Source of the DNA: Candidatus Omnitrophota bacterium
Lineage (GTDB): Bacteria > Omnitrophota > Gorgyraeia > JAHJTE01
Direction: 5' to 3'
Length of the DNA: 64,000 bases
Assembly: GCA_018830005.1 (NCBI GenBank)
Contig: JAHJTE010000003.1
Span: 71,674-135,673 of the forward strand
Below the pieces are notes generated by a model, which worked only from the letters and a program-made list of their open reading frames with translations, was not told the DNA's origin and searched no databases. The translations under genes and the position numbers were made by a program. Below, in pieces: positions 40,780 to 49,841 of the stretch (positions are counted from its first letter, which is position 1; each line of letters starts with the position of its first letter).

Positions 40780-42219
40780 CTAGGATTTTTCGATTGCCTC
40801 CATGCCTCTACGGCAGATCTCTCTTGCATATTCTGTCCAGATACCTTTGCCCCAATAGCGAAAACAACTTGTTTGAGAAAGCAATAAATATAGAAGTGCC
40901 TGCCGATATTTCGGATCCGGACAATCCATAGGCGTATCATCAAAGCGTTCATGAAAACGAGCGCTTAATTTATTTATCGGATCTAGGATATCCATATACC
41001 CTTTCACCCAGTTTTTATCGTTTGTCCAGGAGGCCTTTTCTAGATTAATCTGTCCGTATTTATTTTTTGCCTTCTGGATAGCCTCTTCAACTGCCCGGGG
41101 AGAAAACTTATTAACGAATTCCCAAATTTTATGCTGGGATATCGGCTGGACCGGCAAAAAGTCCTCCTCTTTAACCCGCTCTCTTTTTATATATTCAAAA
41201 TACTCGCTTACATTTAAAGCGACCGTTCCTTCCCGGCCTATTTCATTAAATACCTCTTTATATTTAGGAGGAAACTCATTCATCATCACCCCGCCGTTTT
41301 CTCCATCACTTATTTGTAATACCAAAGGCGGTAGGCTCTTTTTGGCATACTCCTCTCTCTGTCTCGATTTTGCTTCATAATAAGGTTGCATCTGGGCTAC
41401 CAGTTTGGTATCCGAACCCTGCGTCTTTATGAATACAGCTATCTCCTGAGTCTTACCAAAAGAATTCTTGGCAATTAGTCGGTGGGGAAAATGCGGCCTT
41501 CGTATAGGAGAACCGTCTAGATTCTCGATAGTGTGCTCCTGAACAAGCAACCATTCATAACCTGCCTCTTTTAAGGCCTTTATATATTCAAAACAGACAT
41601 CTGGATGAATAGGCAGTTGCATCTCCGGCGCAGAAAAACCTTTCAGGCGATTAAGCGCCTCCTGGCCGAATATAGCGCCAAAATGATTTCTCCAGGCGCG
41701 GATATGCAAAGATATATCAGGAACCGGAGTTGAGCTAACCACTGCATGAGACCACATTGTGCCTAACCACTCTAGAGAGGGATAATATTTCTTATCAACC
41801 GTTATCTGGCTTAGATTATCCAAGACCTTTGCCTCTCCCATCTGGCGCAATCCCCACAAGAGATTTCCGGAATAATCTAACATTATCCGCGGATGAAGCC
41901 CTTTATCTAGGAGTTCTCTGATTATATCTGACATACGCGAATAACAACTCAGGAATACCGGGGCATTATGGTTATCCCCGATATTCTGGTGCTTCATCAT
42001 ATATTCTAGATTGCTTATAAGGCCAGCCCTGGCTAAATCATCGCCTTGGGCCGGAATGGTAGGTTGATGCATATGCAAGGCAATAGCAAAAGCAGTATTA
42101 ATCTTATCAAAGGGAAGACTGCTGAAAGGGGCAAAAAGCTCTTTTTCTGTTTTCTTTCTTTCTTTTGATTTTATATTTTGGCTGAAAATATTTGGCAGGC
42201 CAGCCACTATATCTTTCAT
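40780..42219 (-). CDS. Glycoside hydrolase family 57 protein
   Basis: ALHMHQP, GFSAPEM, DGENGG, QTSCFRYWG. Confidence 0.85.
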   Translation of the reverse strand: MKDIVAGLPNIFSQNIKSKERKKTEKELFAPFSSLPFDKINTAFAIALHMHQPTIPAQGDDLARAGLISNLEYMMKHQNIGDNHNAPVFLSCYSRMSDIIRELLDKGLHPRIMLDYSGNLLWGLRQMGEAKVLDNLSQITVDKKYYPSLEWLGTMWSHAVVSSTPVPDISLHIRAWRNHFGAIFGQEALNRLKGFSAPEMQLPIHPDVCFEYIKALKEAGYEWLLVQEHTIENLDGSPIRRPHFPHRLIAKNSFGKTQEIAVFIKTQGSDTKLVAQMQPYYEAKSRQREEYAKKSLPPLVLQISDGENGGVMMNEFPPKYKEVFNEIGREGTVALNVSEYFEYIKRERVKEEDFLPVQPISQHKIWEFVNKFSPRAVEEAIQKAKNKYGQINLEKASWTNDKNWVKGYMDILDPINKLSARFHERFDDTPMDCPDPKYRQALLYLLLSQTSCFRYWGKGIWTEYAREICRRGMEAIEKS

Positions 42220-42222
42220 TGT

Positions 42223-43851
42223 TTATATATTCTTATTTGCCGATTCTCTCTTTAATATAAAATATTTTGCACAATCCATATCTGCAAATATATTGTCCCT
42301 AGCTTCAACCTCTCCTAACCATTCATTATCTATTGTATTGTTGACGATGTCATTATAGAGACGTTTGAATCTAGAAAGATGTACTTTGACTCTTTTCTGC
42401 GCATAAGGCACCATTGTTCCTGTTTTCATAATAAATGCCCAATCACTGGCCTGGGTAAGCAATAATTCCCGGCCAGCCTGGTTCAAAGCCCTCCGGTAAA
42501 GGTCATGTTTTGCCTTATCAGAATAAGTGTCCAATATTTCAGAGAGTTCTCTCATCTTCTCTCCGGCAGCATGCACATGCCTATAGAGCCAATCATTACT
42601 ACCTTCTACCCAAACGTCATTATAGCCTTTATAGCCCCAGCTGGAAGAAGAAGGCAGACACATTTGATTAGTAGGATATTCGCCCAAATACTGCGAAGGA
42701 GTAATCATGCTTATTGTCTGCTGGTCATAAAATATTTTGCGCGCTAGAAAATCTATCCACATCGGCCCTTCGAACCACCAGTGGCCAAAGAGCTCTGCAT
42801 CATAAGGAGCAACTATAATCGGTTTCCTGTCCATAGTCGAGAGAAGATGTTGGACCTGCTTCTCTCGGTTAAACATAAAATTTCCTGCGTGCTCTGCTGC
42901 CTTGTCTTTGGCTGCCTGCGGAGAATAGGCCTCTTTATAATCGCTGTTACCGGTAATCCGCCAATATTTTAAGCCGGTATTTATGCGTATTCCGGCAGGA
43001 TGAATATAAGGCTTTATATAATCATAATCCAATTCGTAACCGATATCTTTATAATATTCTCTGTAGACAGGATCACCTGGGTATCCCTCTTTTGAGCTCC
43101 AGACCTGCTTTGAAGACTCCCAGTCCCGGGCAAAGGCAGCTACGCCGGAAGGGCAATAAACCGGAGCATATACGCTGTAACGCGGCAAAGGATCCGCGTT
43201 TAGAATACCGTGGGAATCTAAGAAGAAATATCTTATGCCCGCTTCTTTTAGGGCCTCATCAAGGCCCGGATAATAACCGCATTCCGGAAGCCAGAATCCT
43301 TTGGGATCCCGGCCAAAGGTCTTTTTATAATGTTGGACTCCTATATTAACTTGGGCTGCTACATCAGAAGGATTTAAGCAAAGCAAAGGCAAGAATCCGT
43401 GAGTGGCACAGGAAGCGACTATCTCAACATAGCCTAAATCCTGGAAGGCCTTAAAGGCTTCCACGATATCCTTATTGTATCTGTTAGAGAATATTTCCTT
43501 TGCCTCGACTAGCTTGCGATGATACATCAGAGCCAACCCATGAAAATAAGGATCGTAACCTGTCCTTTCTATTTCTTTGGCTGCTAATTCAATTGATCTG
43601 TCAATATGCCGCTGGTATCTATTCTGCAATAGGGGGTCTTTTAACATCGAGACCAGAGGCGGGGTCAAAGACATAGTAATTCTAAAATCTACCCCATCTT
43701 TGATGAGCCTATCAAAAACCTTTATCAGAGGAATATATGTTTCAGTAATAGCCTCATACAGCCAGTTCTCCTCAAGAAAATATTCCTCTTCCGGATGTCT
43801 TACGAACGGCAAGTGTGCGTGAAGCATTAAACAAAGGTAACCTTGAGCCAT
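42223..43851 (-). CDS. GH57 1,4-alpha-glucan branching enzyme (DUF1957)
   Basis: HAHLPFVRHP, ETYIPL, WLPECGY, YDAELFGHWWFEG, QASDWAF. Confidence 0.92.
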   Translation of the reverse strand: MAQGYLCLMLHAHLPFVRHPEEEYFLEENWLYEAITETYIPLIKVFDRLIKDGVDFRITMSLTPPLVSMLKDPLLQNRYQRHIDRSIELAAKEIERTGYDPYFHGLALMYHRKLVEAKEIFSNRYNKDIVEAFKAFQDLGYVEIVASCATHGFLPLLCLNPSDVAAQVNIGVQHYKKTFGRDPKGFWLPECGYYPGLDEALKEAGIRYFFLDSHGILNADPLPRYSVYAPVYCPSGVAAFARDWESSKQVWSSKEGYPGDPVYREYYKDIGYELDYDYIKPYIHPAGIRINTGLKYWRITGNSDYKEAYSPQAAKDKAAEHAGNFMFNREKQVQHLLSTMDRKPIIVAPYDAELFGHWWFEGPMWIDFLARKIFYDQQTISMITPSQYLGEYPTNQMCLPSSSSWGYKGYNDVWVEGSNDWLYRHVHAAGEKMRELSEILDTYSDKAKHDLYRRALNQAGRELLLTQASDWAFIMKTGTMVPYAQKRVKVHLSRFKRLYNDIVNNTIDNEWLGEVEARDNIFADMDCAKYFILKRESANKNI

Positions 43852-43855
43852 ATTT

Positions 43856-45133
43856 CTATTTCTCTTTATCGGTTCTTCTCTCTACCCTGGTATCTATTTT
43901 TCTTTTCTGGCTCTTATCCTTAGACTCTGCTTTAAATTCTAAAGGTATAATACCATCTGAGGGTAAAGAAAATCTTAAACTAAACGTACCGTCTTTATTT
44001 AAATTAATCTTTTTATCTCCTAACCAGACTTGGGCATCTGATTCTGTGCGTCCGTAAACAATTAATTCTGTTGACAGCTCAAAGAAGAACTTCCTTTCTA
44101 TCCTCTCCTGAACTAATTCACTAGCCCCGGGCTGTTTTATGCGCTCTTCGCTACCACCCGGGCCTAAAACAACCATGCTTTCAGAAGCGCCCAAGAAAAT
44201 CCTCCTTAAGGAATAACCTTTGGGTAAACCGGCAAGGGTCCTGCGCCTTTCTTTTTCGGTCTCTCCTTCTAAAAGTAAGTTAAGGCCTCTGCCCTTTCTG
44301 CCAAAATAACTGAGTAAGCGGGCGGATATAATATCTCTCAATGAAGGATTCAGGCGTGAATAATAACTTCTTATGTCCTCATCGGTAAGATAAATCCTCC
44401 TTAGGCCTTTCTTTTGATATTGGGCAGCGGATATCGATGCGTCTTTACTAACAGCTATGCTCGGTCTTACAAAAACGGATTCCTTACTACCGTCCTGAAC
44501 ATTCATCCATATCTGTTCGCTGCGGGGAGAATAGCTAACACGGGGAGTATGGACACAGTTTGATCTAGCCAAGGAAATAAATCTGCCTCCAGCAGTACGC
44601 AAACCTATCTCCGCTATGTAAGAAACGCCATCCTTGTAGAGATTTACATACCAGTTATTTGCATAGATATCAACCTCAATATCAAAATAACTATTTGCAT
44701 TAGTGCCGTTAAAGTCTAGGAGAGTCACATCATACATTCTCAAGACAGTCTTTGCTGTTCTGATCTCTTCGTCACTGAGCCTTGACTTTAAAGAGTTCAG
44801 ATTATCAAATGGAATCTCCCAATAGGCAAAAACCCAAAACGGATCCTTAACCATCAGCCTTACGCGATTTAGGCCGTAATCAGCGGGAAACTGGTAATCA
44901 TCTATCCAATGCCTCTTCTGGGGTAGACCTTCATCTACTGGCAAACGCAGAGGCTTCTTTTTCTCAGCCGGGCCTGAAACAAGAGAAGTTTTACTCACAA
45001 GGGCTGCGGCTTTTCTTGCTGCGGAAACAGGCTTGGGATGTTTAGCCTTAGGATAGGTCTTTTCTTTAGCGCCAGAGACGGTTATCTCTCTTCCTTTTTC
45101 GTAGACACGTTTTATTATCTTCTGTCTTTTCAT
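43856..45133 (-). CDS. DUF4912 protein with basic N-terminal tail
   Basis: LMVKDPFWVFAYWE, NNWYV, LARSN..HTP, ELIVYGRTE...DGTFSLRF. Confidence 0.85.
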   Translation of the reverse strand: MKRQKIIKRVYEKGREITVSGAKEKTYPKAKHPKPVSAARKAAALVSKTSLVSGPAEKKKPLRLPVDEGLPQKRHWIDDYQFPADYGLNRVRLMVKDPFWVFAYWEIPFDNLNSLKSRLSDEEIRTAKTVLRMYDVTLLDFNGTNANSYFDIEVDIYANNWYVNLYKDGVSYIAEIGLRTAGGRFISLARSNCVHTPRVSYSPRSEQIWMNVQDGSKESVFVRPSIAVSKDASISAAQYQKKGLRRIYLTDEDIRSYYSRLNPSLRDIISARLLSYFGRKGRGLNLLLEGETEKERRRTLAGLPKGYSLRRIFLGASESMVVLGPGGSEERIKQPGASELVQERIERKFFFELSTELIVYGRTESDAQVWLGDKKINLNKDGTFSLRFSLPSDGIIPLEFKAESKDKSQKRKIDTRVERRTDKEK

Positions 45134-45185
45134 TCGCTTTACTAAAGCCTAAAACGCTAAATTAATTAAAAAAGATTTAAAGCCT

Positions 45186-46346
45186 TTAGCTGTGGTAGAC
45201 ATTTAATACCTGCTCTGCAATGGTATCCCAGGAAAATGCTGTCTCAACTGCGATCCTGCCGTTTCTACCCATCCATCTTAGGTGATCAAAATCACTAAAA
45301 GCTGTTCCTACTCCCCAGGAAACTGAGTCAGTATTAGGATAAACTTTTAGGCCATTAACATCATGCCAAACTATTTCGCTGGGGCCGCCGTTTGATGAAA
45401 CAATGACCGGCTTTCCTGCGCTCCATGCCTCTAAGATAACTATTCCGAATGGTTCGTTTCTACTGGGGATGCAGATAATATCAGAGGCCCTATATAAATC
45501 AATTAGTCTCCAGCCATTAACATAGCCTAGGAATTTAGTTGCGGAGCTTAAACCCATATGCCTTGCCGTCTCCTGAACATGCCCTCGCATCGAACCGTCT
45601 CCGACAAAGACAAATTTCGCATTATTGTAATACTTAAGTATGTTAGGTATTGCCTCCATCAGTAAATCCGGCCCCTTTTGATAGACCATCCTTCCTACAA
45701 ACAAAACAACCGGATCCATGGGCCCGATATCATAAACACGCCGCACAGAAGCTGAATCTATCCAGCCGTCATAGTTTCTATAATTTATACCATTATAAAT
45801 AACAGAAACCTTAGAATCCGGCAAATTATAAACCCACATTATCTCATTTTTTAAAGCATTGGAGACCGCTATCGCCCTATCTGCGCAATAGCTACCATGC
45901 TTTTCATGATCCATTATCCTGGCAGAATTACCGCCAAAAAAGTTATTGCCGCATCTGCCATATTCAGTGGAATGAATGGTAAGTATTGACTTATGGCCTC
46001 TACCCTCTTTTATCCAGACCAAGGCATTGGAAGTAAGCCAATCATGAGCATGGATAACGTCAAATTCGCCTACATAATCCTCTGTTTTAAAGAAACTCTC
46101 CGTAAAGGAACGGCACATATTATTTATCTCTTCTAGGAAATCGTTGCCAGAACTAAAAGGACAACGGTGATAATGAACACCATGTATCCTTTCATACCAG
46201 GCCTGTCCCCCATCACCTAGACGAGTAAACAGATGTACTTCATTGCCTTTTCTCTCCAGGGCACAGGCAAGTTCTGTAACATGGAAAGCGACGCCACCCA
46301 CACTTATTGAATGCATGGATTCCCATGCAAAAAGTGCGATACGCAT
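45186..46346 (-). CDS. GT4 glycosyltransferase (possible second glucan synthase)
   Basis: HAHDWL, TIHSTEYGR, GRMVYQKG, EPFGIVILEAW. Confidence 0.88.
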   Translation of the reverse strand: MRIALFAWESMHSISVGGVAFHVTELACALERKGNEVHLFTRLGDGGQAWYERIHGVHYHRCPFSSGNDFLEEINNMCRSFTESFFKTEDYVGEFDVIHAHDWLTSNALVWIKEGRGHKSILTIHSTEYGRCGNNFFGGNSARIMDHEKHGSYCADRAIAVSNALKNEIMWVYNLPDSKVSVIYNGINYRNYDGWIDSASVRRVYDIGPMDPVVLFVGRMVYQKGPDLLMEAIPNILKYYNNAKFVFVGDGSMRGHVQETARHMGLSSATKFLGYVNGWRLIDLYRASDIICIPSRNEPFGIVILEAWSAGKPVIVSSNGGPSEIVWHDVNGLKVYPNTDSVSWGVGTAFSDFDHLRWMGRNGRIAVETAFSWDTIAEQVLNVYHS

Positions 46347-46372
46347 TTTTAGCCTTTTTTAATTATTAAATT

Positions 46373-46651
46373 TTAAATTTCTATGACTGAATTTTCAGTG
46401 CCTATTGCACTCAGAGACTTATTTGAGTTATTAGGATCAGCCATCCAATTGCCGTCAACTACGAATTTATACTCGTATCTGCCTGGCTTAAGAACGACCT
46501 CTTTCTTCCAGATGTTATCCTTGCTTTTTTTAAGCAATATCTTCTTCTCGTCCCATTTGTTAAAATCTCCCGCTAGGCTAACTTTGCTTGCTTGCTGGGC
46601 CTCAAGCATAAAGATTACTTTAGCCCCTTTCTGGTTCTTCTTCCTTGCCAT
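46373..46651 (-). CDS. Stand-alone CBM48 (AMPK-beta-like glycogen-binding) protein
   Basis: VSLAGDFNKW, LKPGRYEYKFVVDGNWMADP, GTENSV; AGGAGG RBS before MARKK. Confidence 0.9.
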   Translation of the reverse strand: MARKKNQKGAKVIFMLEAQQASKVSLAGDFNKWDEKKILLKKSKDNIWKKEVVLKPGRYEYKFVVDGNWMADPNNSNKSLSAIGTENSVIEI

Positions 46652-46903
46652 ATTACACCTCCTAATGTAATTTGTTATGATTTTTAACAACTTAACTTTT
46701 CCTTCTCTAGGCTTCTCATTACTGTAAAAGTATTATATAAAGAGCCTATACTATATTATATCTTCGGGAAGAAGTAAATAAGCAAAAATACCTAGTTTGC
46801 CTGTATTTTTTTGCTTAGCCAGAAAAACCATATTTAAAGGATGATTTTTATCTTAACTTTATTAATAAGAATGAGTTAGGAAAATTGAGGTGGGTAAATT
46901 AAG

Positions 46904-47554
46904 CTATACGCTTATTATCCCTTCTTTTATAGCAAATCTTACAAGCTGAGCTTGATTATGCAGGTTTAGCTTGCGCATTATATTATTCCTATGAACCAGT
47001 ACGGTTTTAGTGGAGAGTTTGAATTTTTGAGCTATCTCTTTACTGCTTAGGCCTTCGGCAATAAGCTGGATAATCTCTCTTTCGCGCAGGGTAAGAATGG
47101 CTTTACTTCTTAGCCTGATAGCCGGCTTTCTTTTAAAAAGATAATCTTCTATTACAAAAGAGGAAATCTTTGAACTTAAAAAATATTTTCCTGAATAAAC
47201 CTCTCTGATAGCATGGGCTATCTCATCAGCTGCCGAATCCTTTAGGATGTAGCCCTTGATGCCGTAACCAAGGGCCTCTTCAACAAAGGCTCGGTTCTCA
47301 TGCATGCTTAAAATCAGGATTTTTATCTTTTTGTTCTGCTTGATTATCTGATAACTAGCATCAAGGCCGTTTAGCTGCGGTAAGGTAATATCCATAATAA
47401 CAATATCCGGGGATTTTTCTTTCGCTATCCTTACTGCCTCTTTTCCATCTGAGGCCTCGGCCACTACTGAAATATCCGGCTCTTTGGCAAGCACGCTTTT
47501 GATACCTTGCTTGACTACCTCATGATCGTCTACTAACATTACTTCAATCGCCAT
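46904..47554 (-). CDS. NarL/LuxR-family response regulator
   Basis: LVDDH, MDITLP, LTLREREI, STKTV HTH. Confidence 0.93.
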   Translation of the reverse strand: MAIEVMLVDDHEVVKQGIKSVLAKEPDISVVAEASDGKEAVRIAKEKSPDIVIMDITLPQLNGLDASYQIIKQNKKIKILILSMHENRAFVEEALGYGIKGYILKDSAADEIAHAIREVYSGKYFLSSKISSFVIEDYLFKRKPAIRLRSKAILTLREREIIQLIAEGLSSKEIAQKFKLSTKTVLVHRNNIMRKLNLHNQAQLVRFAIKEGIISV

Positions 47555-47591
47555 ATTAGATTTTCCTTAAATCTATAAGCAGAAAAAAATC

Positions 47592-48323
47592 CTAAGCTAT
47601 AGGCAGGATAACGGAAATCTTTGTGCCCTTGCCAGAAGAAGAGGTTATTTTTAAATCACCATCTAAGATGTCCACTCTTTCTTTTATCCCCCGCAAGCCC
47701 ATCTTGGTTATCCCCGCCTCTCTCGTATGTTTGCCATAATCAAAGCCTTTTCCGTCATCTTCAATAATTAACTGGATACTATCTTGAGAAAGGATTAAGT
47801 TTACTTTAACTAAAGAAGCATCGGCATACTTGATTATATTATAGGTTGCCTCCTGGACTATACGGTAAAGAGTAATCTCTATGTCTTCCCTAAGCTTAAC
47901 TCCTTTGAGATTTTCGTCAAACTCTATTCTTATCGCGGGATTTGATTCGCTGCATTGGGCAAAAAATTCCCGAAAAACCGCAGAAAGCCCTAAAATATCT
48001 AAACCAGGCGGCCTTAAATTAAATGCCATAATCTTCATCTTAGCAGCCAGGCCTTTAATCAATTCTCTCACCTCCTCTATCTTCTCTAAGGCCTGCTGCA
48101 CACTGCCTTCTTTTATATCCCTCTCGATAATGTTAAGCGAAGCGCCCAAGGCCACCACAACCTGACCTGTTTCATCATGCAAGTCGCGGGATATTCTCTT
48201 TTTCTCCTCTTCTTGCAGCATAAATATTTTGCTAAAATGCTGCTTTATTATCTCTAAATTTCTCTGCATATCCAGAGGGACATTATCTAATTTGACTTTG
48301 GATTTCTTCCTATTTTTAGACAT
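47592..48323 (-). CDS. HisKA_3 histidine kinase without a sensor domain
   Basis: RISRDLHDETGQ H-box, YRIVQEATYNI, DDGKGF, GLRGIKER. Confidence 0.88.
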   Translation of the reverse strand: MSKNRKKSKVKLDNVPLDMQRNLEIIKQHFSKIFMLQEEEKKRISRDLHDETGQVVVALGASLNIIERDIKEGSVQQALEKIEEVRELIKGLAAKMKIMAFNLRPPGLDILGLSAVFREFFAQCSESNPAIRIEFDENLKGVKLREDIEITLYRIVQEATYNIIKYADASLVKVNLILSQDSIQLIIEDDGKGFDYGKHTREAGITKMGLRGIKERVDILDGDLKITSSSGKGTKISVILPIA

Positions 48324-48341
48324 CAAAAACCTCTATTTAAA

Positions 48342-49841
48342 TTATGACCTCTTGGCATTTTTGGTAATTTCCAGAAGCCTCTTAGAAATCTGCGGCTTAA
48401 GGCAAGACTGATCTAGCCTCCAGCGCCAATTACCTCTTTTTGTGGCAGGAAGATTCATCCTGGCCTCTTCTCCCAGGCCTAGAATATCCTGCATAGGGAT
48501 TATCACGGTATTGGCAACCGAAAACATGAGAAGTTTTATAAATTCCCAATTAATCTCCTTAAGGCTAACCTTCTTGCCTAAATATTTAAATACATTTTGC
48601 CTCTCTTGTCTGGAGGCCTCGTTCTTAAACCATCCCTTAATAGTATTATTATCGTGGGTACCGGTATAGGCAACGCAATTTTCTATAAAATTATGAGGCA
48701 GATAAGGATGTTTGTCAAGGTCTGCGTCAAAGCCAAAAAGAAGGATGCGCATACCGGGAAAACCAAAGTGTTTGATTACTGCCCGGACATCATCAGTAAT
48801 ATAGCCTAGGTCTTCGGCAATAATGCTAAGGTCTGGAAATTCTTCCTTTAATAACCTAAAGAAATCATAGGCCGGGGCCTTAACCCATTGACCTTTTATC
48901 GCTGTTTTTTGCTCTGAAGGAATTTGCCAATAAGCAACAAGTCCGCGGAAATGATCAATCCTTATTATATCAAAAGGATCAGAATTGAATCTTAGCCTTT
49001 GAAACCACCATTTAAAACCATTCTTCTTTAATATCTCCCAGCGATATATGGGATTTCCCCATCTCTGGCCGGTCTTGCTAAAATAATCCGGAGGCACGCC
49101 TGCGACAAAAGAGGGCATCTTCTCAGTATTAAGCTTAAAAAAATCAGGATTAGACCATACATCAGCGCTGTCATAACTTACATAAATGGGGATATCGCCA
49201 ATAAGCTTAATCCCGTTATTATTGCAATATTGTTTAAGACAAAACCATTGTTTAAAAAAGACAAATTGCAAAAACTTCTCTTTAGAAATTTCGTTTTTAA
49301 AATCATTCTTTATTTTATTTAAGGCCTGCGGCTTTCTGTCCCTTAAATCCTTAGTCCATTTGCCCCAAGGCCGGCTGTCAATATGTCTTTTTACTACTCT
49401 AAAAATTGAAAAATCCTCTAGCCAATATTGATTGTCCTTGCAAAACTTTTCGAAATCCTGTTTAGGTCCTGGGTCTTTTATAAAATTATTATAGGCGATT
49501 GAGAAAATCCCTTTTTTAAATCTGGTCACTTTAAGATAATCACACTGATTTTTTGAAAAACTTAGCCTTGGTTTAATATCGCTTCCTGATAATAAACCAT
49601 CCTTGACCAGCAACTCAGGACTAATCAATAGCGAATTTGCCCCAAAGGCAGAATTGCTGCTATAAGGAGAATTGTCGAATACCGGATCTGTAGGATTTAA
49701 AGGTAAAATCTGCCAATAACTTTGCTTGCTAAATTTCAAGAAATCAGCAAATTTATAAGCCTGGGGGCCTAAATCGCCTATGCCAAAGCCAGAGGCAAGT
49801 GAGGTAATGTGTAGGAGTATGCCGCTTGCTCTCCTGTTCAT
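48342..49841 (-). CDS. malQ: 4-alpha-glucanotransferase (GH77)
   Basis: SGILLHITSL, GVPPDYFS, RIDHFRG, AEDLG, YTGTHDN. Confidence 0.95.
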   Translation of the reverse strand: MNRRASGILLHITSLASGFGIGDLGPQAYKFADFLKFSKQSYWQILPLNPTDPVFDNSPYSSNSAFGANSLLISPELLVKDGLLSGSDIKPRLSFSKNQCDYLKVTRFKKGIFSIAYNNFIKDPGPKQDFEKFCKDNQYWLEDFSIFRVVKRHIDSRPWGKWTKDLRDRKPQALNKIKNDFKNEISKEKFLQFVFFKQWFCLKQYCNNNGIKLIGDIPIYVSYDSADVWSNPDFFKLNTEKMPSFVAGVPPDYFSKTGQRWGNPIYRWEILKKNGFKWWFQRLRFNSDPFDIIRIDHFRGLVAYWQIPSEQKTAIKGQWVKAPAYDFFRLLKEEFPDLSIIAEDLGYITDDVRAVIKHFGFPGMRILLFGFDADLDKHPYLPHNFIENCVAYTGTHDNNTIKGWFKNEASRQERQNVFKYLGKKVSLKEINWEFIKLLMFSVANTVIIPMQDILGLGEEARMNLPATKRGNWRWRLDQSCLKPQISKRLLEITKNAKRS

